A DNA stretch of 40,510 nt, taken from positions 1 to 40,510 of the forward strand of contig CAYGWR010000003.1 of assembly GCA_964353645.1 (NCBI GenBank), given 5' to 3'. The stretch comes from an uncultured Dehalococcoidia bacterium (lineage in GTDB: Bacteria; Chloroflexota; Dehalococcoidia; SZUA-161). How positions within the stretch are numbered: position 1 is the stretch's first letter; every line of letters starts with the position of its first letter. The notes under the pieces are model-generated. The model made no database searches. It was not told where the DNA came from and saw only the letters and a list, made by a program, of their open reading frames with translations. This document shows, in pieces, positions 9,092 through 17,765 of the stretch. The position numbers were made by a program, and so were the translations under genes.

Positions 9092-9118
9092 TTAGCACCA
9101 TACCCACCAGAGTGCTAA
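9092..9118. promoter_or_regulatory. CIRCE-like inverted repeat
   Basis: TTAGCACCA-N9-GAGTGCTAA versus consensus TTAGCACTC-N9-GAGTGCTAA: 16/18 match with the exact 9 nt spacer. Confidence 0.5.
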
Positions 9119-9231
9119 GGTTTTATCCTGCTCTTAGAGTTGGGTTTATCTAACCTGTGATGTCTGCAGATTCGTGCTAACGCTCGAACCTGCTTTCGGG
9201 TTAGTGATTTCATTGTAATCGAGGTACTGTT

Positions 9232-10449
9232 TTGAGTAAAAAAAAAGAGGGTGCCCTGAGTGTATACCGTATCTTAGACCTAGCCGATAGCTGGGGTGCT
9301 TACTGCACGAAGTTGCTCGCAGACCTAGGGGCTGATGTCATCAAGATCGAGAGCCCCGAGGGAGACCCCGGACGCACGATTGCCCCCTTTGTGGATGACA
9401 TTCCCCATTCCGAGAAAAGCCTCTACTTCCTGCATCGTAACGCTGGCAAGCGGGGTATAACCCTTAACCTGGAGACCTCCGACGGCAGAGATATCTTCCT
9501 AAAACTGGTTAAGACAGCCGATGTAGTGGTAGACAATTCACCGGCCGATTATATGGCAGGATTGGGTCTTGACTACCCTGCGCTGCGCAATATAAACCCC
9601 TCCCTTATCATGGCCAGCATCACCGAATTCGGCCACTCCGGCCCATACAAAAACCGCAAAGGCTCCAACCTTGTTGACTTCGCCATGAGCGGCGTCATGA
9701 TAACCAGCGGCTACCCCGGGAAAGAGCCCTGCCTGTGTCCAGGTTCGCCAGCATACGATGCAGCGTCGCTACACGCCAATGTAGCGATACTGGCTGCCCT
9801 CTATATGCGTGGCACTACGGGGCAGGGGCAATATATTGACATATCGGTGCACGAGACATCGCGCCTGGGGCTATATCCCTGGATAGTGCCAAATTATTCG
9901 TATGCCCTAAACCCTGAGGGGCCGCCACCGACTACAGAGACGCGAATGGGGGCATCCATCTACCCCGTCTACCCCTGTAAGGATGGCCTGATTAGGGTGG
10001 TTGCCCTGACCCCTCGGCAATGGGATGCCCTTGTTCGCGTTCTAGGCAGTCCCGAGGTGCTTCAGATGCCCGATTGGCGCAGCTTTATGTACCGCATCGG
10101 CAATGCCGATGACCTTTATGCCCTCGTGCTGGAATTCACCCAGAAATATACCATGACCGAGCTCTTTGAAGCTGGGAAGCGAGAGGGAGTCCCCATCGCT
10201 CCCATCTTGAATATAGAGAGTTTTTACAAAAGCCCGCAGACCAGAGCTAGAAAGTACTTCGTCGAGGTTGAACATCCCGTTGCCGGCAAGGCCGACTATC
10301 CGGGCCCGCCGTACAAGTGGACAGAAACACCAGCAGAGATAAGACGCCCCGCCCCCTGTTTGGGCGAACACAACGTCGAAATCTACTGCAAGGAACTCGG
10401 TTTATCGAAGAATGACCTGGTGGCCTTCAGAGGTGCCGGGGTATTGTAG
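9232..10449 (+). CDS. Family III (CaiB/BaiF) CoA-transferase, subunit 1 (BbsE-like, probably non-catalytic)
   Basis: RILDLA...LADLGADVIKIE...GDPGR, NAGKRGITLNL, GQGQYIDIS, APCLGEHN. TTG start after GAGG. Confidence 0.92.
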   Translation: MSKKKEGALSVYRILDLADSWGAYCTKLLADLGADVIKIESPEGDPGRTIAPFVDDIPHSEKSLYFLHRNAGKRGITLNLETSDGRDIFLKLVKTADVVVDNSPADYMAGLGLDYPALRNINPSLIMASITEFGHSGPYKNRKGSNLVDFAMSGVMITSGYPGKEPCLCPGSPAYDAASLHANVAILAALYMRGTTGQGQYIDISVHETSRLGLYPWIVPNYSYALNPEGPPPTTETRMGASIYPVYPCKDGLIRVVALTPRQWDALVRVLGSPEVLQMPDWRSFMYRIGNADDLYALVLEFTQKYTMTELFEAGKREGVPIAPILNIESFYKSPQTRARKYFVEVEHPVAGKADYPGPPYKWTETPAEIRRPAPCLGEHNVEIYCKELGLSKNDLVAFRGAGVL

Positions 10450-10462
10450 CAAGGAGGTCGCA

Positions 10463-11695
10463 GTGTTGCCTCTGGAAAATGTTAAGGTCCTAAGCTTCGG
10501 CACCGGTGGCGTGGTTCCCGACGCCGGCAAAATCCTCGGCGAACTGGGGACCGATGTCATCAAGATAGAGTCGAAGGATAACCTCGACTTCATGAGGACT
10601 ATAGGCTCAGATATCAACAATATCGCCGGGTTCAACGAGGCAAACCGGAGCAAGCGAAGCTTCGGCGTGAATCTCAAAACAGAAAAGGGAAAAAAGCTTG
10701 TCAGCAAGCTAATCAAGTGGACCGATATCCTTCTGGAGAACTTTCGCGGCGGGGTCATGAAGAGCCTGGGATTCGACTACGAAAGTGCGCGTAAACTTAA
10801 CCCCCAAATCATATACGTTAGCAGCCAGGGGTTTGGCGGCGGGGGCCCTTACAGTGACTTTCAAGCATATGGTCCCATGTTGTCTGCCGCCTCGGGGATG
10901 CTCTCTATCTGGGCTCAGCCCGATGACCCTTATCCTGTCGGGTCAAACTCCCCCCTGCCCGACCATATGGCGAGCAAGCATGTCGTGGTAGCTGCTCTGG
11001 CTGCCCTTGACTACAGGCGCAGAACGGGCAAAGGGCAGTTCATCGACATGGCGCAAACAGAGGTGGCAGTCAGCCTCATCGGCGAGCGCTATCTGGACTA
11101 CACCTTCAATAAGAGAATCGGCAAGCCGATGGGGAATCGAAGCACTTACGCCGCTCCCCATGGTTGCTACGCCTGCAAGAATCCAGACGAGTGGTGCGCC
11201 ATAACTGTGTTCGCAGATGAAGAGTGGCAGAGTTTCTGTGATGTCATGGGGAATCCTGTGTGGACTAAAGACCCCAAATTTGCCAATCTCCAGAGCCGCT
11301 TGAAGAATGTAGCTGAGCTGGATGAACACATTAAGGAATGGACATCCACGCTCGATGCCCACTTGGTGATGGATACACTGCAGGCTGCCGGGGTTACTGC
11401 CGGGGTGGTGCAGCGTGCTCCAGACACCCTGGCAGACCCACAGCTCAGGTGGTTTAATTCGATTGTGGAGTTAGAGCATCCGGTAGCCGGGGCAAGGCTT
11501 TACCCAGGCGTACCTTTCAGAATGTCCGGCGCATCATCCATGCAGAGCACTCCGGCTCCTCTCCTGGGCCAGCATACAGAGGAAATATGCCGTGACCTGC
11601 TGAAAATGTCGGACGAAGAAATAAAGCAATTGCTGGAAGAAGATGTACTGCACAATCCGGCCAATACCCAATCTAGCGGGAAAGGTATGTTCTGA
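10463..11695 (+). CDS. Family III (CaiB/BaiF) CoA-transferase, subunit 2 (catalytic Asp present)
   Basis: LGTDVIKIES, NRSKRS, ENFRGG, LPDH, GKGQFIDMAQ, APLLGQHT. AAGGAGG at 10451 precedes GTG 10463 and TTG 10466. Confidence 0.92.
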   Translation: MLPLENVKVLSFGTGGVVPDAGKILGELGTDVIKIESKDNLDFMRTIGSDINNIAGFNEANRSKRSFGVNLKTEKGKKLVSKLIKWTDILLENFRGGVMKSLGFDYESARKLNPQIIYVSSQGFGGGGPYSDFQAYGPMLSAASGMLSIWAQPDDPYPVGSNSPLPDHMASKHVVVAALAALDYRRRTGKGQFIDMAQTEVAVSLIGERYLDYTFNKRIGKPMGNRSTYAAPHGCYACKNPDEWCAITVFADEEWQSFCDVMGNPVWTKDPKFANLQSRLKNVAELDEHIKEWTSTLDAHLVMDTLQAAGVTAGVVQRAPDTLADPQLRWFNSIVELEHPVAGARLYPGVPFRMSGASSMQSTPAPLLGQHTEEICRDLLKMSDEEIKQLLEEDVLHNPANTQSSGKGMF

Positions 11696-11728
11696 ATAAA
11701 TAGGTAAATAATGAAAGGGAGGCAAACC

Positions 11729-12829
11729 ATGAAAATGAAGGCAGCTATATTGTACGAGCCCAATACACCACTAAAAGTGGAAAAGGTCAACCTTGATGAC
11801 CCGCAGGTCAATGAGGTGCTGGTAAAGCTTGTGGCTAGCGGAGTGTGTCACAGCGACCTGCACTTCATGAAAGGTGAGATGTATTGTGCTACGCCTACTG
11901 TGGTGGGGCACGAAGGCGCAGGCATTGTAGAGAAAGTGGGGCCTGGCGTAACTTCCGTTCAGCCTGGCGACCACGTGATTCTAATGGTGTCATTCTCATG
12001 CGGCAAATGCCGTTTCTGCGTTGAGGGCCGCCCCACCATGTGCGTGGAGAACATGGCGGTGATGGCTGGGGGAGTGCTGCCTATTTGTGGTAGCACACGT
12101 CTTAGCAAGGGCGACCAGGCGCTGCACCATCTCTTCGGCTTGGCTTGTTTCGCCGAATACACCGTAGTTCATGAGCGGTCATGTGTAAAGGTCCGCGAGG
12201 ATGCCCCCCTGGATAAGGTCTGCTTACTCGGGTGCGGGGTTGCCACTGGCATCGGTGCTGCGATTAATACCGCCGGCGTAAGACCAGGTGAAAGCGTTGC
12301 TATCTGGGGGGCTGGAGGTGTGGGGCTCAGCGTGTTAATGGGAGCAAAGCTTGCCGGAGCAGGCAAGATCATAGCTATTGCCAGGAACCCGAAGAAGCTA
12401 GCGCTCGCCAAGGAATTCGGGGCTGACCATGTAGTCAACGCGAGCGAGGAGGACCCCGTAGCGAAGGTTATGGAGCTAACCGGCGGTGGGGCAGACTACG
12501 CCATTGAGGCCGCTGGCAAGGCAGAAGTAATACAGCAGGCTTATGCGTCTATTCACGGTGGCGGAAAGTGCGTCGTAGCCGGGATGGCTGCCATGGGGAG
12601 CGTGGTGAGCATTCAATCTTATGAATTCCTCCTGGGGAAGACTATTACCGGAACCGTCCAAGGCGACATAAGGGCGCAGGTCGACATTCCGAGATACATC
12701 GATATGTTTATGGACGGTAAGCTCCCCTTCGATAAGCTGATCAGCAAGACATACACACTTAAAGAAGTCAATGAGGCTTTCGAAGCGCTCGAAAAGGGAG
12801 AAATAATACGCAGCGTGATTAAGTTCTAG
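11729..12829 (+). CDS. Zn-dependent medium-chain alcohol dehydrogenase (class III/AdhD-like)
   Basis: CHSDLH, GHEGAG, structural Zn motif CGKCRFC...C, LLGCGV, GAGGVG. GGGAGG RBS before ATG 11729. Confidence 0.95.
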   Translation: MKMKAAILYEPNTPLKVEKVNLDDPQVNEVLVKLVASGVCHSDLHFMKGEMYCATPTVVGHEGAGIVEKVGPGVTSVQPGDHVILMVSFSCGKCRFCVEGRPTMCVENMAVMAGGVLPICGSTRLSKGDQALHHLFGLACFAEYTVVHERSCVKVREDAPLDKVCLLGCGVATGIGAAINTAGVRPGESVAIWGAGGVGLSVLMGAKLAGAGKIIAIARNPKKLALAKEFGADHVVNASEEDPVAKVMELTGGGADYAIEAAGKAEVIQQAYASIHGGGKCVVAGMAAMGSVVSIQSYEFLLGKTITGTVQGDIRAQVDIPRYIDMFMDGKLPFDKLISKTYTLKEVNEAFEALEKGEIIRSVIKF

Positions 12830-12873
12830 CCCTGTGGTTTTGGGATAAAGATAACCTTGTAGGAGGTAGCACG

Positions 12874-14619
12874 ATGGCTGATGAGACATTCGATGCTGTA
12901 ATTGTGGGAGGCGGAAACAAAGGGCTATTTCTTGCTCTATACCTCATTAAATACGGGGGTATGAGCGTAGGCATATTCGAAAGACGTCACGAGATCGGCG
13001 GCTGCCTGTGCACCGAGGAGATAGCAGCCCCAGGTTTCCGCGGCAACGACCATGCCAACATAATCCTTCCCTTCTACTGGACGCCGCTGTACCGCGATTT
13101 CCCCGAATTCTGGGACTACGGGGCGCAGTGGGACCAGCACCTCTGTGCTGACGGCTTCGTGTTCAGAGACAATCAGACTGCTCTCGCTATCTACAGCGAC
13201 AAGCATGACCCCACCTGGGAGCGTACGGCAAAGGAGATCGCACGGTTCTCAGAGAAGGATGCCGAGAAGTGGATTAAGCTCCGGGACCTGGACCGGAGCG
13301 ATGAGTACCAGAGAGTCACCGTGGATCGGTGCTACGTCCCCGCGGAGTGGTTGAGCAACCCTGAGTACATGGAACGGCAGATGGCCCTCTATCCCAAACT
13401 CCTCGAGGCCGGCTTCGCACCGGACGGCCTGATCCTTCAGGCAAGCGCCTATCGGTCGGCCCTGGAGCTCTTCGAGAGCAAGGAACTCCAGTCATGCATC
13501 TTGAGGTGGTGCGTATCGGCCGCCATGGACATCAACGAGCCGGGTCAGGGAGCCATGGTGTTCGGCATGGCCGGCCAGGCCCCGCTGATAGGCTTCTGCC
13601 GCGGAGGCACGCATCAGGCGGCCCACGCTGCGCACCAGCTCCTGGTACAGATGGGATGCAAGTTCTTCACACATGCTGAAGTAGAGAAGGCTATTATAGA
13701 GAATGGCACTGCTACCGGCATTCGCCTCAGGGATGGCAGCCAGGTCAAAGCGAGAAAAATAGTGGCGGTCTGCGGCCTATCGCCCGAGCAACTGTGCTTC
13801 GAGATAATAGGCAGAGAGTATATACCGGATAGCATGGCCACGCGACTGAAGCTTCTGCAAAAAGGCTTCGGATGTTTGATGTGGTACTCGTTCGCCGTCC
13901 ATGAGGCCCCCAAGTACAAAGCCGAAGCGTTCAACCCTGACATACATGAGTGCCAGTGGCTCGGGCTCCAGCCCGACCCAGATCCCATACACATCGCCAG
14001 AGAGTGCCTGTATGAGAAGCTACAGACATATCCTCCGCTCGAGGATTACTGCCCCACTGTGGGCTGCCACAGCCTGGTTGACCCATCCTATGCGCCCCCA
14101 GGCAAGCATGTGGTCCAGAACGAGCAGCTCTCTCCGCCCGTTAGTCGGTTCAGCGAGAAGCAATGGCTGGAGATAAAGAAGCGCTATGCCGATGAGTTGA
14201 TACAGATATGGCAGCAATATGCTCCCAACATGACCTGGGACAATGTCATCGGCGTCGACACAAATAGCCCTTACGACCACCTGCGCATGAAGAACCTCGG
14301 CCCCATGGGAGCGATGGCAGGGATCGACCGCTCACCGTTCCAGGTCTTCGAGAACAGACCTATGCCTGAGCTGGCCAACTATAGAACACCTATAACTAAT
14401 CTCTATGGCACTGGTGGCTGCTGGCATGTGGGCTCTAACGCGGGGGCAAGTGAGTCCTACAACTGCTACAAAATAATTGCTACTGACCTTGGGCTGGGCA
14501 AACCTTGGGAAGAAAAAGGGAAAGAGGAACCCGATTCCCTTGTGGAGCAATTGTGGAAGATAAGGAAGCGGGCGCAAGCTTCAGCCAAGCCGAATCATAC
14601 ATATCGCAAAAGTAAGTGA
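12874..14619 (+). CDS. NAD(P)/FAD-dependent oxidoreductase, COG1233, copy 4 (close paralog of copy 3)
   Basis: FDAVIVGGGNKG. Shares long motifs with 6939..8669, e.g. RDFPEFWDYGAQ, GVDTNSPYD, KPWEEKGKEEPDSLVE. Confidence 0.92.
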   Translation: MADETFDAVIVGGGNKGLFLALYLIKYGGMSVGIFERRHEIGGCLCTEEIAAPGFRGNDHANIILPFYWTPLYRDFPEFWDYGAQWDQHLCADGFVFRDNQTALAIYSDKHDPTWERTAKEIARFSEKDAEKWIKLRDLDRSDEYQRVTVDRCYVPAEWLSNPEYMERQMALYPKLLEAGFAPDGLILQASAYRSALELFESKELQSCILRWCVSAAMDINEPGQGAMVFGMAGQAPLIGFCRGGTHQAAHAAHQLLVQMGCKFFTHAEVEKAIIENGTATGIRLRDGSQVKARKIVAVCGLSPEQLCFEIIGREYIPDSMATRLKLLQKGFGCLMWYSFAVHEAPKYKAEAFNPDIHECQWLGLQPDPDPIHIARECLYEKLQTYPPLEDYCPTVGCHSLVDPSYAPPGKHVVQNEQLSPPVSRFSEKQWLEIKKRYADELIQIWQQYAPNMTWDNVIGVDTNSPYDHLRMKNLGPMGAMAGIDRSPFQVFENRPMPELANYRTPITNLYGTGGCWHVGSNAGASESYNCYKIIATDLGLGKPWEEKGKEEPDSLVEQLWKIRKRAQASAKPNHTYRKSK

Positions 14620-14680
14620 TGATAAGACGGAAGATACTTCCCTATACAGGAAGATGGAGACATAAAACAGAAGGTGTGAA

Positions 14681-16153
14681 ATGGCAAAGCAGTACGACGC
14701 TATCGTGATAGGTGGTGGCCCGGGAGGCCTTACCTGTGCCGCCCTTCTGGCCAGGTGGGGGCTCAAAACGCTGCTGCTGGAAAAAAACGAGATTACCGGT
14801 GGCAAGGCGGTGACCGTTGAACGAGATGGCTTCAGGTACGAGTTAGCACCAAAACTCCAGGTGCCAATGCGGGGCCCGGCTTTTGCCACAGCCTTCAAGC
14901 TCCTGGGAATTGAGTCTGAGTTGAAGCCAATCTATTTGGAAAATGCATGCCTTGCATACAGAAGTTCGAAGTGGAAAAAGTACAAGACGACGATTACTCA
15001 TCAGACAGAAGCAGGACAAGACCCCACAGAGTTCTTCAACCTCTTCGGACTGGATGCCCAAGAACAAGAGCGTGCGCTGAGTATACTAACGGATATTGCC
15101 ATGATGCCCCCTGAGAAGCTGCGCACTCTGGATGATATGACCTTTGAAGAATACCTCTCCCAGTTCGATGTGCCCTACGGCCTCTATAGCTATCTGGCTA
15201 TGCATTCTAATGCCTCCTTGGCAGAACCCATCGATTTGGTTTCAGCCTCCGAGCAGGCAACTATCCTACAACATATAGCCTTGAAGGGTGGTGGCGGATA
15301 CTATGTCGGTGGCTTTGGTCGGGTACTCGACACACTGACCAAGGCAATCAAGGCTAACGGCGGCAGAGTTCTCACACGGACCCGGGTAGAAAAGATAAAC
15401 GTTGAGAATGGACAGGTCACTGGAGTAGTCACCGAAGACGGTAAGTTAAAAGCCCCTATCGTCATAAGTGACGCCGGAATCCAGCCTACCGTGCTCAAGT
15501 TAGTGGGCGGGGAACACTTCGACAAGAGCTACGTTAACTATGTCAATGACCTGGTCCCCGGCTGGGCCTTCACCGCCGTGAAATACTTCCTGAACAAACC
15601 AGTACTGAAATTCCCGATGTACATGATGTGGTCCGATGACAGTTGGTGGAATATGGAGCGCTTCCTTAAGGTCAAACAGGGCCATGTCCCCAAAGAGGTC
15701 ATTATGTTTGGCATTGTTCCTTCCAATTTCGATCTTACCATGTCTCCTCCCGGCAAGCAGTGTTTCATCGCCGGCACCATCTGCCCGCCAGACCCCGAGT
15801 CTACCGGAATGATAAAGGAACTGTACGGGAAGATGGACGAGATGCTGAACAGAGTCTTTCCCGAGGTAATGGATGCTGTTATGTACAAAGAGTTCGAGGG
15901 ACCAGCCGAGGTATCGGCCGCAACGCGAGACCATGTGCTGCCAGGCCAGGGCGGTGAGTGCGTTGGCTTGGCTCAGATAGTAGGGCAGTGTGGTAAATAC
16001 AAGCCCTCACCAAAGGCGCCTATTCGGGGGCTTTTCTACGTAGGCTGTGACGCAGGCGGCACCGGTATGGGCACCCACCAGGCGGCAGAGTCAGGTATCA
16101 ATGTTGCCCGCATGGTGCTTCAATATCATCGAAAGAGGCAAGCAGCTAGGTGA
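14681..16153 (+). CDS. NAD(P)/FAD-dependent oxidoreductase, COG1233, copy 5
   Basis: YDAIVIGGGPGG, LLEKN...GGKA, SPPGKQ, PIRGLFYVGCDAGG. Confidence 0.92.
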   Translation: MAKQYDAIVIGGGPGGLTCAALLARWGLKTLLLEKNEITGGKAVTVERDGFRYELAPKLQVPMRGPAFATAFKLLGIESELKPIYLENACLAYRSSKWKKYKTTITHQTEAGQDPTEFFNLFGLDAQEQERALSILTDIAMMPPEKLRTLDDMTFEEYLSQFDVPYGLYSYLAMHSNASLAEPIDLVSASEQATILQHIALKGGGGYYVGGFGRVLDTLTKAIKANGGRVLTRTRVEKINVENGQVTGVVTEDGKLKAPIVISDAGIQPTVLKLVGGEHFDKSYVNYVNDLVPGWAFTAVKYFLNKPVLKFPMYMMWSDDSWWNMERFLKVKQGHVPKEVIMFGIVPSNFDLTMSPPGKQCFIAGTICPPDPESTGMIKELYGKMDEMLNRVFPEVMDAVMYKEFEGPAEVSAATRDHVLPGQGGECVGLAQIVGQCGKYKPSPKAPIRGLFYVGCDAGGTGMGTHQAAESGINVARMVLQYHRKRQAAR

Positions 16154-16209
16154 TGCAAGTAAATCCTGAATATAATGCTCTATAATACACTCTAGGAGAT
16201 GGAGGGTAT

Positions 16210-17025
16210 ATGCCGATAAACAAGATAGTAGCTAGCTTCGATGAAGCGGTTGCTGACGTAGAGGATGGGGCAGTCATCATGGTCGGCGGCTTCGGTACAG
16301 TGGTCAGCACGCCGAGTTGCTTACTGGAAGCCCTTGATAGAAAAGGGGTGAAGAATCTCACTACAGTATCCAATAGCAGCGGTTTCGGCGCCGATGTCTG
16401 GCGAATGCAAGGCGCTAAGTTCCCCGAGGATATGGACATCCTGGTAAGGAACGGGCGCATAAAGAAGGCCATCGTCTCTGCACCAGTGAGTGCGATGTAT
16501 GTTAATAACTTCGAGAAGCTCCTCAGGGCAGGAAAGGTTGAAATCGAGATGGTTCCTCAAGGCACCCTGGCGGAGCGGGTCAGAGCAGCCAAGGCGGGGA
16601 TTGGCGGTTTCTATGTGCCGGTGGGAATCGGAACGGTGGTTGAAGAGGGCAAGGAGAAAAAGGTAATCGATGGCCGCGAGTATCTGCTTGAGTTGCCGAT
16701 TAAAGCGGATTTTGCACTGATACATGCCCATAAGGGTGACCGCTGGGGCAACCTGGTCTACAGGGGGACATCGAGGACATTCAATCCCACAATGGCCGGG
16801 GCAGCCAGGGTCACCATCGCCGAGGTAGACGAGATAGTAGAGTTGGGTGAGCTGGACCCCGAGGCCATAGTCACCCCGGGGGTATATGTAGATAGGGTAG
16901 TAGCTCGCCCCAAGGAAGCCCCTCTCCGGGAAGGCGAGATTACTGACACTCAGGCTGAGGAATCCAAAAAGAGGTTTGAAGCTGAGATCAAAGAGGCCAA
17001 AAAGAGAAAGGGTAGCAGAAAATGA
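16210..17025 (+). CDS. 3-oxoacid CoA-transferase subunit A (family I)
   Basis: IMVGGFG, PQGTLAERVRA, GIGGFY, GDRWGNL, FNPTMA, IVTPGVYVDRVV. Confidence 0.95.
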   Translation: MPINKIVASFDEAVADVEDGAVIMVGGFGTVVSTPSCLLEALDRKGVKNLTTVSNSSGFGADVWRMQGAKFPEDMDILVRNGRIKKAIVSAPVSAMYVNNFEKLLRAGKVEIEMVPQGTLAERVRAAKAGIGGFYVPVGIGTVVEEGKEKKVIDGREYLLELPIKADFALIHAHKGDRWGNLVYRGTSRTFNPTMAGAARVTIAEVDEIVELGELDPEAIVTPGVYVDRVVARPKEAPLREGEITDTQAEESKKRFEAEIKEAKKRKGSRK

Positions 17026-17705
17026 GCAGCAAGCTTCAAGAAAAGGAAAGGCTGGATAGGCAGATAATGGCTCTTCGGGTCGCCAAGGAGTTTAAAGATG
17101 GCAATGTGGTCAACCTGGGGATCGGTATCCCCGGCTTGGCGGCGAACTTCGTCCCGGCGGGTAGAGAGGTGCTATTTCATAGCGAGAATGGTGTTCTCGG
17201 CTACGGTGAGGTAACGCTGCCTGGAGAAGGAGACCTCGACCTGGTCAATGCCGGTGGCCAGACCGTGAGCCGGCAACCTGGGATGTGCTTCTTCAGCCAC
17301 GATGAATCCTTCGCCATCGTCAGGGGAGGCCATCTGGACATCAGCGTCATGGGAGCCTACCAGGTATCGGAGAAGGGTGACCTGGCTAACTACATGGTTC
17401 CAGAGAGGCAGGTCGGCACCATCGGCGGCGCCATGGACCTCGCCTTCGGAGCCAAGAGGCTAATCATAGTGATGAACCATACCACAAAAGAGGGGAATTG
17501 TAGGATAGTAAAGAAGTGCGCTTACCTCTTAACTGCGCCCAAATGTGTTGACCTCATCGTAACCGATATCGCCGTTATTGAGGTCACAAAACGCGGGCTT
17601 GTCCTCAAGGAAGTGGCACCGGGGTGGACGCCTGAAGATGTTCAGAAACTGACCGAGCCCAAGCTCATCGTCGCTCCTGACTGCCATGATATCGAACTTA
17701 TGTAA
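17022..17705 (+). CDS. 3-oxoacid CoA-transferase subunit B (family I)
   Basis: VNLGIGIP, catalytic SENG, RGGHLD, GDLAN, GGAMDL. ATGA overlap with subunit A. Confidence 0.95.
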   Translation: MSSKLQEKERLDRQIMALRVAKEFKDGNVVNLGIGIPGLAANFVPAGREVLFHSENGVLGYGEVTLPGEGDLDLVNAGGQTVSRQPGMCFFSHDESFAIVRGGHLDISVMGAYQVSEKGDLANYMVPERQVGTIGGAMDLAFGAKRLIIVMNHTTKEGNCRIVKKCAYLLTAPKCVDLIVTDIAVIEVTKRGLVLKEVAPGWTPEDVQKLTEPKLIVAPDCHDIELM

Positions 17706-17765
17706 CACAGGAAAATATCGGCCGCACTCTAGGTTGGCAAGGTTATAAGGAGAAGGAGGCGAAAA

